Assembly (NCBI GenBank): GCA_024704765.1
Contig: JAKMXF010000111.1
Span: 1,318,619 to 1,382,618, forward strand
DNA: 64,000 nt
Direction: 5' to 3'
From: Oopsacas minuta
Taxonomy: Eukaryota; Animalia; Porifera
The stretch's first letter is position 1; each line of letters begins with the position of its first letter. Below, in pieces: positions 1-16,284 of the stretch. Under the pieces are notes generated by a model. The model did not search any database. It was given only the letters and a program-made list of their open reading frames with translations, and was not told the origin of the DNA. The translations under genes were made by a program, and so were the position numbers.

Positions 1-988
1 ATGTGATGTTATGTTTAAGAGAAGATCCTTAGAGTCTCATATACAGGAAAACTAAGCCAAACACCATATACTTAGAATAAGAACACTTGAGAGTAGAATT
101 ATTACTTTAGAGAGTCAAAACTATAAACACAAAGATGAGGAAAACAATCAAAAGAAATAAACAAAATTGTTGAAAAACAAAGAGATCATTGAATCAGAGG
201 ATTTCAGTCAGTACAAGTTAGTTCTGAATTGGAGAATATTAATAGACAATTTCAGAGGTACATTATTGGTGTATGGACTTACATTCACTATTCCTTGTTG
301 TGGAATAAAATTCTTAACTAAATGCCTCGTAAAAAAAACACACTGATATTAGCAGTTGTTGTCTGGCCTGTCAGAATGAAAGAAGCGTTTTCATACAATT
401 TCTGGAGTATTGTTATAGATCAAGAAAATGATAAATTATGTGAGAAACAAGAGGGTAATTATAAATGTATTATTAACAAGGAAATAACGCCAGCATCTAC
501 AAGCAGGCCATTCGAAGCTAGTATGCTCATTGCTAGATATAAACTAGCATGTCTCTATGAATATATTAAAGACGGAGTATTGAATGTTAAGGTATATACT
601 CAGAAATAATCTTCAGTTTGTATTTTGGCTAACCCTCTCCCCAGGATGTACCTGGTGTGATAGAGTTTCTGGGAGATATACTCCCAAACAACTCTTAAAT
701 AAATATAAATATTTATACCTAATCTAATGATTCTAAGTTGGTTATGACGTCATAACGTAAGACAAATAAAGCAGGAAATAGTACTGCATGCATCTATAAC
801 ATTACAATATATAAGTGGAATTTGATTAATGCGAACTCCAAATTGTACATTACACGATTCTCATTGATAGACATTGAAGGAGACTGAACATTTGTAGATG
901 ATATCAGTATTGTATTAATCTTGTGTTATTGTATTAGTATAACGAGAGCCTACTACACACCCTATATAAGATGGTTACATAAACATAC

Positions 989-1385
989 CTTTAGTCTGCT
1001 CAGGAGCTAACCACTGCACAGCAGTAGCATTAGTAACCTTATACTCAATGTTGATCTTTAATTCATCCTTACCAACAATCATATCACTAAATAAAGTTAT
1101 TGATAGAGAAGTTCCAAGGACAGAGGATGCTCCTATCTCCCATTTCAATTTGCGGTTACTAACACAATCGCATACCTCAATTACTTGTATGTTATGAATA
1201 TCAAGTATCAGTAGAGGAGAGGGTACTCCACTAGAACATATGTTAAAGTGTAGCTCAGCTGTAGCAGATATTATCTTAGAACTAAAGTCAAAATCTGCTT
1301 CCCACACAAGATGAGACAATCTGTAATCTTTTGTGTTAGCACAAGACAGAGGATCAGTAGGAAATATAGTTTCTGTTGTAGCCAT
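989..1385 (-). CDS. LTA4H: Leukotriene A4 hydrolase / M1 aminopeptidase, exon 1 only (later exons not found in 1-988; presumably left of the window)
   Basis: ORF 975..1385 begins MATTETIFPTDPLSCAN and ends ..ATAVQWLAPEQTKG, matching the LTA4H N-terminus (D..S.AN; ALQWL.PEQT.GK). Donor AAAG|GTATGT after 989. Confidence 0.88.
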
Positions 1386-1756
1386 AATTATAATTAGGAT
1401 AACTATATATCACAACTACACTATCTACTATAAAGTATATATGACATAGTTACATAATTTGAGAACTACAGTAATCAGGACCGTACACAGGGGCTGGGGG
1501 GGGTTGGCTCGAACGAACCGTAAATATAGGAAGATTTCGGGCTGGCGTCACTAGCCTAGTTTGTCAATTTTGGTGTTGTCAGTATTGTTTCGATGGTAAT
1601 TGAGATTTCAACGTTTAGCTGATTTGGTTTAACCCGACCACATCAAAATCCGTGCCGGTGGGGCCTATGATTTATATTGTTCATGCACCCATGAGTTCTG
1701 ATTATTAAGTTTCACATTGTCAAAAGATAAATATAAAATTAAGTAAATGAATAAAA

Positions 1757-1923
1757 CAGTCAACTCCAGTTATATCGAAGTTCGAGGACCGCGATAATTC
1801 CTTCGATATGACCTGATATAATGTATGTTATTTTGCTGGTTTGGGAACATATTTGCACTATTTCAGACTTCTATGTAAGCGGGAATTTCGAAAATGCTTG
1901 TTCGATATAATGGAAGTTGATTG
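1757..1923. mobile_element. Tc1/mariner (pogo-like) MITE, ~167 bp
   Basis: Imperfect 23-bp TIRs CAGTCAACTCCAGTTATATCGAA / TTCGATATAATGGAAGTTGATTG; TA follows the right end. Confidence 0.55.
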
Positions 1924-2095
1924 TATAATTGTATATTTGATTGATAGGAAGTCAAGTCCGAGTTATTACATGGCAATATTAATTAACATCTGGTAGAGAG
2001 CAGGGACGAGAAAATACTATAAATAATATAAACGATAAGGAAAAACAAATACTTCTAGAAATACATAATTAACTAGAATATATTCATAAGTGAAT

Positions 2096-7113
<5,018 letters not shown>

Positions 7114-7877
7114 ATTGATGTGTAGCTAAAATTGTAATTACATGTAATGAAAATAATTCAAACTAAACTATCACTGATCTTTTGTATCTCATAAAATCAA
7201 ATCCATTGAATGAACTGAAATGATTGACAGTTTTGGTTAATTGTGTACTGCGCATTACATTATCTGCTAAACTGACCCCAGGACTGCTCCAAAATTTTTG
7301 ATTGTACCATGACTACCATCTAAATCTATGGTCTATCAGTCATGTGTTTTCGGTATTTTCATGGCGTTTCGTCCAGCTAAGTGACAGGTTACAAACTGAG
7401 AACTAAACTAAACTGGTGGTTCAATAACTAAATTAATTAAGAGTCAACGTGGCAAAGGAAATTTATACTTAAATGAAGAAAATATAGACATATTAATGTG
7501 TTTTCTGAGTATAGAACTGGCGGACGTAGAAAGAATACTAAGACTCCAGTGCAAGATATATACGTGGGCAGTGAGCTGTTAATCCGTTACAACTAGCAAT
7601 TTTGCAAATTTTGAATAATCAAAAGGTGTCGGAACTCTATTGGGATTGTGTAAAACTGAGTACCAAAATTTCGATGGTCACCTATAGACAATAATCTGTA
7701 TTAATTGATAGATATAGTGGATTTCGCCATGTCACAATTATCTCTTAAGTATCCAGATTGATATAATAAACGACGAATTTGTTCTCATACAGTATCTGAG
7801 ATCATTGACAGAATATGATCTCCAAATAAATAGCAATCAAAGCATTTGATAATAACGATACGGAGCTCATATAATTG

Positions 7878-8831
7878 TTACTTCTTCCTCTTCTTCTGAT
7901 TGTCAGGCTTAGTGCTAATAACTGTTGTCTTCTTTGGAGGAATTATCGAGAAGGAACAAGTTAGATTTTCCGTAACTGACATTACCCCACCAGCATTATC
8001 AAACAGATTACAGTAGTTAGGTGCACTGAATAAAGTAACCATTTTCCTTCTTTGAAAGAAAGCGTATCCATCTTCAACCACCTGATGAGCTCTACAAATC
8101 AAACTAACTCCCATCTTCTCCAGGAACTCAGTAACAACATCTCCCCCAAATGTGTAGGACACTCCCCTATCATTCTCTCCCCACCCAGTTATATCTTCAT
8201 CTGGATCAGACCATAACAGATCACAAATGAATCCGGATTCAGGGATGTCAAGAGGTCTCTCTATAGCTCGTATCTGGTCTAGAGAATGTAGCTCTGGAGA
8301 TAAACCTCCATGCATGCAAAGCACTGTATCTCCGACTATAGCTGAGATAGGAAGACAGTCAAAAACATCACAGAATGTCTTCCATAGCTTTATATTGTAT
8401 CTTCTCTTGCACTCATCATAGAATCCATAGATCTTAGAAATGGACCCACACTCATGATTACCTCTTAACAAGAATATATTCTCAGGGTATAGAGATTTGT
8501 ATGATAACAATAGACAGATGGTTTCTAATGAGAATTTACCGCGATCTACGTAATCACCGAGAAATAGGTAATTCGTATTAGGAGGATAGCCACACTTATC
8601 GAAGAATGCTAGCAGAGATTCAAACTGTCCATGTATATCACCAACAATAACAAGAGGGAGAGCTAGCTCAAGGAGCATTGGCTGCGTGAGGAATAGTTCT
8701 CGCGATAATAGACATAGTTTGCGAATATCAGGTAGACTTAGCTCGATCTGTTGGTCAGGGGCAGATTTGAATTCTAACAACTGATCGATTATGTTTTGAA
8801 CGTCTAGTCTCTCTCCATTCTCAGCATCCAT
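7878..8831 (-). CDS. PPP1C: Serine/threonine protein phosphatase PP1 catalytic subunit, divergent, intronless
   Basis: 317 aa. [60 protein letters not shown], and [19 protein letters not shown] typical of PP1. Confidence 0.95.
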   Translation of the reverse strand: MDAENGERLDVQNIIDQLLEFKSAPDQQIELSLPDIRKLCLLSRELFLTQPMLLELALPLVIVGDIHGQFESLLAFFDKCGYPPNTNYLFLGDYVDRGKFSLETICLLLSYKSLYPENIFLLRGNHECGSISKIYGFYDECKRRYNIKLWKTFCDVFDCLPISAIVGDTVLCMHGGLSPELHSLDQIRAIERPLDIPESGFICDLLWSDPDEDITGWGENDRGVSYTFGGDVVTEFLEKMGVSLICRAHQVVEDGYAFFQRRKMVTLFSAPNYCNLFDNAGGVMSVTENLTCSFSIIPPKKTTVISTKPDNQKKRKK

Positions 8832-10164
8832 AACGGAAATTTAAATGATACAAACATTTATTCGTTTTATGAGCAGAAAGCATTTCCGTTTTATATAAAA
8901 CTGGAGGAATTCACTAAATCAATGAAAATTCAGCCAATCAAATAATTGTAAATTAAAAGATGTATTCTCTATAGACTATACAGTTTACATTATGTTTATA
9001 CAAAACTGATTCCGCGGTAAGCGCAGTCCTCATACTAAAGAACTAGTCCTAAAATCATAAGCTTACAATTGGCTCTATAGTCCGAATTGAGCCAAAATGC
9101 TAAAAAAGCAAATTTGAGAAGGAGGTTGTTGCAAAAGTTACAACTTAAGGAGTCATGTAAAAGAACAGCCTTCCCTATTTCACGGAATGGAACGGACAAG
9201 TTCACTTGAGGAAATTAAAATATATTCATTGTTACACAAGAGACCTTAGTGGTAATCAATTTGTAGCCATTGTACAAAAATACCGCCAGCTCAATGATGG
9301 CTCTTAGAAGATTCATGATTAGGAGAGGATGAGGAAAGTTGTTCAGGGGAGGTATTACAAAATATAATAGAAATAGCTAGAAATTTGACAAATTGATTAC
9401 AATTATACATACAAATGCGTGACAACCGTTGTTCATTCAAGAATATACCTACTGTGAGTTTAAAGGGCAAACGACAAATGTAAATTCCTCAATTAAAACT
9501 TGCCCTATCCGTTTCGCAAAGTAGGGTAATAGGGAAACCTAAAATTGTAAAATAACAACAAATTATTTACGCCATATAAGGTAATATACTTATTGGACAA
9601 GGTGTGTTTACTTTTTATATGCATTACTGAGATATTTTGATATATAGTTGGTAATATTATCTGTAACAAATATTGAATTCTTAATAATTACCATATAGGT
9701 AGAGTAGGTAATGTAGCGAGCATTCTGTGTGTAGATTTGTCTTCAGATTCAACATACTTACATGTTGTCTATTAATTAAATAATACAACTTGGACATAAA
9801 TCAAACAAAACATGAATCACTAATTAAGTTCGTATTATTATACATATAACATGTCGAATAATCACTTTATAGCGATGAGATGTTCATGAATCTTGATGAA
9901 CCCTTGGATATTTATTATCCGGAATAAGAGGATTATCTGCTGGAAACTCACCAGTGTCTGTATAGTAAATTCATAACCCAGTTGTTGTTACGCCCCTCAA
10001 TTAGGACGATTACTAAAGACGACCTACTTTTCTAGAGTTATTATTATATCCTATTTTGCAACTATTCGAGGTAATACAAATAATCTTAGAACAACGATAA
10101 ATTAATGAAATTATTGTAAGTGTATCCTGAAGCTATGAAGTTATGTGTTATTTCATCATAAAAA

Positions 10165-11019
10165 TTATTTCTTAACTTCAAACTTGTGAGCATACTCTGC
10201 ATGAGTTTTCACACCAATCTCTACTGCATCCAAGAACGCATTCCTAACTCCATTTCTCTCCAAAGAATGCAACCCCTTTATAGTTATACCACCAGGAGAA
10301 CATACATTGTCTTTTAATTTTGACACGTGAGTATCTTGATATTCTAATATATTTTTACCAGCAGCTATCAGTGTCTGAGCAGCAAGCTTAATAACCACGT
10401 CCTTCTTAAGTCCAGCCTCTAGTCCTCCATCAGCTAATGCTTCTGCTACAAGAAACATATACGCTATGCCACATCCACACACAGAGCTTACAGTATCTAT
10501 ATGTTTCTCCTCCACAGGGAGACACGTGCCAACAGAGTTCATCAAACCTTGTATAAGACTAGATTCAATCGGAAGTACATTTACTCCTACTGCCATAGCA
10601 CTAGCACATGCTAATACACCTGATCCAGTGTTGAGAGCTAGACGGATAACACGTGTACCTTCAGGTAGAATATAACTATAGCTAGATAGTGTTACACAGG
10701 CAGCAAGAGATACTACAAGATGACGGGAAGCATTCCAGTTAGGAATAGATTCTACAACTGACTGTACGAGATGTGGTTTAACAGCTACAAATACAATATT
10801 ACACGCCTCAACTAGATCATTGGTTTTCAGTGTCATCTCTATTCCGTGTTTATCTCTTATTCTAGCAGCTGTAGACTCTGTTAGACAGGAACCCATTATT
10901 TGGTCTGGTCTCACAGATTTAGTTCTAAGCCAGCCGGAGACCAGAGGAACTACGATGTTACCATAGCCAATAAATCCAATTCGTGTGTGTTTTGGAAGGA
11001 GACTAACCTGTTCTGCCAT
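10165..11019 (-). CDS. PYCR: Pyrroline-5-carboxylate reductase-like, intronless
   Basis: 284 aa. Rossmann IGFIGYGNI, VFVAVKPH, ALADGG...GL, LKDNVCSPGGITI. Confidence 0.88.
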   Translation of the reverse strand: MAEQVSLLPKHTRIGFIGYGNIVVPLVSGWLRTKSVRPDQIMGSCLTESTAARIRDKHGIEMTLKTNDLVEACNIVFVAVKPHLVQSVVESIPNWNASRHLVVSLAACVTLSSYSYILPEGTRVIRLALNTGSGVLACASAMAVGVNVLPIESSLIQGLMNSVGTCLPVEEKHIDTVSSVCGCGIAYMFLVAEALADGGLEAGLKKDVVIKLAAQTLIAAGKNILEYQDTHVSKLKDNVCSPGGITIKGLHSLERNGVRNAFLDAVEIGVKTHAEYAHKFEVKK

Positions 11020-11247
11020 ATTCGCACTGAATAAACAAAATGAATGTAATTAATAAACATCATTACAGGAAATAGTTAGAAATTTAAGAAACATCAGCTA
11101 CACTGGTGAATGGGAGCATGGGGCAGGTAGGATAAATATAGTATTAAATAAAGGGCGTCATTATAGATATTAAATATATAAAATATGGCAATTGGAATTA
11201 ACGAATAAATAATGCAAAATAAATAATAAAGTGAATATTTGCAGTTA

Positions 11248-14200
11248 TCATAGCTTAAGAGCATTGAGTAAGAGAGTTTCAAGAGAGAATGTGAGTGTCT
11301 TTTTTTTAGGATCATGCTTTACCTTAAATATATCAGTCAACATTTTAACACGACACACTATAGCTATAAAATCTTGAATAGAAATCTTCTCTTGACTAGA
11401 AAATCTGTTTATAACAACCTCGAGACATTCTGTACTCAAGTCATAGCCTAGCTCTTGAAGAGCCAAGGATAGCTATATATGAAATTAGTTTATAAAATAT
11501 GTTTGTTAATTCCAAACGGATTTAACATGTCAACGAGCATTTCTTCCATCCAAGCGAGGGGGTGAACTTATTCTCTCCATATAATGAAATAACAAAATGA
11601 CTCACTTGATGTCTGCTAATAGTATCACTACGATTCTCAACTACACTAGTGAACACTCTCTTCCATTTACAGATATACTCAATTAGCATAGTACATTGCT
11701 CGTAGTTGAGAGAACCTGCTCTATCTTTATCTACCAGCTGAATAAGAGCTCTACAGGTCTCCCTCTCCAGCACATTCTTCTCAAGATTTCTACTAAGCGA
11801 AGCAATTATAACATCCAACAGTTCATCAGCATCAACCCTACCATCACTACCAGCAATGCTGAGAAACATCTAATACATAGAAATAGTATAGGAGAATAAT
11901 GCAATTAAATAAATAGATATAGCAATAACCATACTTGTTCTCCTCGCTTCAATCTTTTACTAGATACAGATTGTCTTGTACTGTTAAGATTCAGATCCTC
12001 TACAGCGTTAATACTAGTGTCTACTACTTCTGATATCACATCTCTGTTTGGGTATATGATAGATTTCTCTGTGAATATTCGTAGCAAGAATGTACCTTCT
12101 GAGCCAGGTTTGAATATACATGGAATCACTACGTATTTGCCTGCAGGTAAGTCGAAGCGACCTGTCCAGAGAAAGCATATAACAAATCAGAATGGTATTA
12201 TCTTCAAATATAACCAATTTGGATACTTGGTCCAGAGTTCAAGCTAAGGAATTCAATTACAAACCTGAAACCTCTCTCAAGTTCGTGAAGCTTCCACTAT
12301 TACCAACTGAGCGATTATAATCAGTAAATTTCTTGGTTAGAGGAGTATCAGGCTGTTTGTAGATTGAGAATCCAATTGAATTGCTCTGAAATCCCAAACA
12401 TTTCTGAGCTCTACAATCTTTCTGCATCAGCGCAATAATCACAGAGCACTTGCCGTCTGCATTAGCGTCCTCCCTGAGCTCTATGCTGATCTGTGGATTG
12501 TTGCAGAAAGTCGGAAAGTTCAAACAACCACCTGCAGTTCCCTATACAACATACAGTATTGTTATACTCACAATATAGATTACGTCTAATAAAAAGGACA
12601 GTAGTAATGGAGATTAGAAATACGTAGCTCTAATACATTACAAGTAAGCAAGATTGCATGAGAGAGAGGATATTTGTACAAATTACAAGGGAATTACATA
12701 ATAGAGCCAAATAACTTGAAGAAGAATACTTACTTTCTGTTTAGACCAAGAGCCAGAGAAAGTTGCCAGATTCCAGCTCTCAATACTCTCATTCTCATCC
12801 AGATCATCTATGGAGGAATGACATATTTCCATCTCAGTGAATTGATCTCTGAAATCTTCAAAAGACATCCAAAACTCTCCATCATCAGCGAAGACTAATT
12901 CTAATTCGTTTCTTTCCTAAAAGAACCAAATATCTATAATGTATACTATTAAAACGCAATAAATTTGTATGTGTGTATACTGTATATACAGAGTTAGCTC
13001 ATTTTCAACTCGCTTTATAGCAATATTTGTATATTAGCAACCTATTTCATGTCCGGAGTGTAGATTTTGTCAAGTTTTGTTCTCTTATTAAGAAAAGTTT
13101 GAGAACCAAAAGTTGCTAATAAGCAAACACCACTGAATTTGTTTGTATGTCCAGTATTGATTGAAGAAACTGGAAGACCCACAGGGCTGATTGTTGACAT
13201 ACATAGATATTTTAGGCCTGGCTCGGAAAAAGTTCGAGTCTTGTTGAAAGAAAAGTCACACCTATGACAAAATTATGACGCAATTATCACCTTTTTAATT
13301 TTCGAAAATCACATTATTAGACGCTGCACAGCTTAGGCACCCGTTAAGAAGAACTTGTTCCAGCTCCACATGGTTTCGATATAGTATGCATGCAGGTGGG
13401 CGGTTCATCATCATTATCTCATTATTTTATGAAGTTCTGATAGCACAAAGTGGCTAATTCAAGGAAAAGTTTAATGACTATAGTTCGAAAATGTTAATTG
13501 AGTGTGCCAATGTTAATACGGGCTACTACTCACCCGTTTGTTAGTAGATATGGTGTGTGTAGATGAATTTCACTGAGATATAGTGAAGTAATGGCAAAAA
13601 TTCCAATGAATGACAATATTCCTGCTGCAAGTAACTTGATGAGGGCAGTGGACCTGAAACAAGTTTCCAACTAACTGTGGCCTAATATATACATGGTAGA
13701 ATATTGAAATATTAATCACAAGTAGCCCTCAATATGCCAAATGTCCTGAGTCGTGATTTTGATGAAATGCAAACTCATCATGGAATTATCATATCATCAT
13801 TATTATATACAAGTGAAGTTTCACAAATTTCGAAATTTGAGTGCTGCTTAGTGGCACGACAAGCACTGTAGGACAGCTGTTCTATACTTAAGCTAATTCC
13901 GAGACACGAAATGTAGAGCATACAGCCGTCGCTCAGCTAACAAGTGAGCGAAGAGCACTACTGAATTATGATAATAAATATTTGAATACCTCATCAGAAA
14001 TACATCTCCATTGTGGACTGTTATCAGACCAATCACCTTTCCATTCCCTCTCATTCCCCCAGGGGTTCCTCACACGCACCATCTCTAACATACCTTGTTT
14101 AGGTATATGTACACTCCTAGCATCAGTCACAGTATAGGCATGTCCAGCAATAAGACCGTTATCCAGCTTAACCTCTCCAGAGGATTTATCCTGTGGGATG

Positions 14201-15046
14201 ATAGAGCAAGAGATTAGATCTGATCTTAACACAGACTTGTAAAGGAGAGAGAACAAATCTTTTGATCTTATAGTCATGTCCACAATCTCTTTAATCCCAC
14301 CTGTGAAATCTTCCATTGCTTCTGAAGTTCTACCTCCCTGTGAATCAAATATAAAAATAAAATATACATTTTCTAGCTTCATAATATATTAACTAATGCT
14401 GTGTGTAAAATTACAAAAATATCAAGTCGATAATAATAATAGTTTGAATGATTCTTATTTAATTAACGTAGGCAAACCTTTAAAGCTTCATAAGAGCCGT
14501 GCAGCTTAGCATAAGCTTTCTCCAGCAGAGCAGGCCACAGTTCATTTTTCTCTGGAGAGTGTGCAAACACCAGTTTGCCTTTATAAGTAGGAAGGTAGTC
14601 ATCTATCACCACATCTATCCACTCACCGAAATGCCATAATCTGAAGTGAAATATACCAGCATATTGCTTCTCGAAGCTCTGGTCGTTAGGAACAACCTAA
14701 AGAATGTATAAATATATCAAATCCCTGTCCTAAGACAGCAGAGTATGAAGCTTACCACTCGTAGGAGAGATTGATTTTGAGCTAGAGATGCCATGGCAGA
14801 GAGTAGCCAGCAATCTCCTAACATTCCTTGAGTGACGTCAAACCTACTTGCTCCATCCACCATTAGTTTTGGGTCTGGAGCAAAATCTGGAGGTCTACAC
14901 CATACAAACTTAACTGGAGACTTTTGACTATAAAATACAGATTGTGCTTCTGGTGGGAAGTAGGGGTCTGTGAACAGTTTATTCTCTGAATTAAGCTGTC
15001 TTCTCAGACTAATAAAGTCTTGAGAAGATAATTTAGCTCCCAGCAT
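11248..15046 (-). CDS. CAPN: Classical calpain (CysPc + C2-like domain III + penta-EF-hand), 8 exons
   Basis: Exons 15046-14756, 14696-14478, 14337-13990, 12916-12734, 12541-12265, 12161-11935, 11869-11606, 11472-11248, all GT..AG and in phase. Catalytic triad [10 protein letters not shown] / GHAY / RNPWG; [42 protein letters not shown]; EF-hand region at the C-terminus. Confidence 0.93.
12933..13961 (+). mobile_element. Non-autonomous Helitron-like element (possibly composite) filling calpain intron 3
   Basis: 5' A|TCTATAATGTATACTATTAAAACGCAAT; 3' hairpin TCGCTCA..TGAGCGA followed by CTAC|T. Internal segments 13137-13317 and ~13720-13850 resemble the reverse complement of 47600-47990. Confidence 0.5.
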
Positions 15047-15057
15047 CTGAATAAATA

Positions 15058-15232
15058 CAGTAGACTCCGCTTAATAGACCATCGGTTAATCGGGTAAAGG
15101 AGCCAGAAACAGAACCATACATATAGTGTTAATATATTTGAGTTAATCGGACCAACACCTTTACTCCGTTTAATCTGGTCATATAGCTTGGTCCAGGGGT
15201 CCCGGTGTGAACCTATTAAGCGGAGTTTACTG
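15058..15232. mobile_element. pogo-like MITE, 175 bp, TA TSD, 11 bp upstream of the calpain ATG
   Basis: TA|CAGTAGACTCCGCTTAATAG ... CTATTAAGCGGAGTTTACTG|TA (19/20 TIR match). Confidence 0.85.
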
Positions 15233-15724
15233 TATGTATATACAAGTCAAGTTATAGAATTATTTTACAAAGTAAAGGTATCTCTTCATCTGGGTGCTCC
15301 GAGTACCCATGGTGCGTGATTTCTGAGATATAGATATGAGAGTGCGGGGGATTATGTAAAGCTAGATGAAGCCCTGTGGTACACCTCTAGCCTGGGCTGC
15401 CCATAATACACACGCATAACCACAAGCAGATCTAGTACTATATCCCCGGGAACGTTTGTGGGAGAAATAAAATATAAATAAACGAAACGCTCCTCAAATT
15501 TAGTTCGCACATCATTCTAATTGTCATTTTCTTATATGAGACATATACCAACTGTTTGGCAAATAATCAATGAATTTCCCTTATAGACTACTCTAATAGT
15601 AGGGTAAGAGTAATCTTGAATGAAGAAATTAATCAAGTAAAAGCTTGTCGTCTTCACATGCAAATAATTATTACCTAACAACTAACCAATAAGAAAACAA
15701 TACAAAATCTATTATCATCGAATA

Positions 15725-16253
15725 CAGGTAAACCTCTGAGATGTGACATCATCAGGAGAATAATTTTCTACCGTATCTCAGAGATTGCCCTTATATACGC
15801 TTAATATACTTTTTAGGGGCGAAATATCAGATGTTAACAATAATAAGTATTACAGATAGTAATTAAAAACCGATTAACAGAGGACCAAGTTTTCGCTTTG
15901 ATATTCCATGTATATACCCTCTATAATCTATATGGACAGCCTTCAGAAGGACTCCTCTAGTTTCCTAAACATCTATAATTATTTGGAATATAAAATTTTG
16001 AGGTTTAACTGCCTATTAATTATTTTATGAACAGTATGACTGTGGGATTTATTCATAATATCAGATGATTGACACATCTCTGAGGTAATTTTGCATGAAA
16101 ATTTCAATCCGGAGTTCATTTAATTGCTTATCTCGGAGGTGTCCTATCTCAGAGGTTCAAGAAGTACTATTTGTATAAGAAATCAATCGGTGGAACGTGA
16201 TTGTGGAGTATCTCAGAGAGTTCTCGGAGGTGCCGGATTGGGAGGTTTACTTG
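15725..16253. mobile_element. pogo-like MITE, ~530 bp
   Basis: TA|CAGGTAAACCTC ... GAGGTTTACTTG|TA, with repeated internal TCTGAGAT/ATCTCAGA motifs. Confidence 0.55.
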
Positions 16254-16284
16254 TAGAATAATATTTCCTAAAAAATAAATATAA

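Noticed and set aside
40-609. Coding-like sequence on + (coiled-coil-like stretch and ORF 322..609), vaguely TRAF/MATH-like
   Set aside because: Several stops and frameshifts and no convincing motif; it may be a degraded insertion in LTA4H intron 1, but I cannot assign it.
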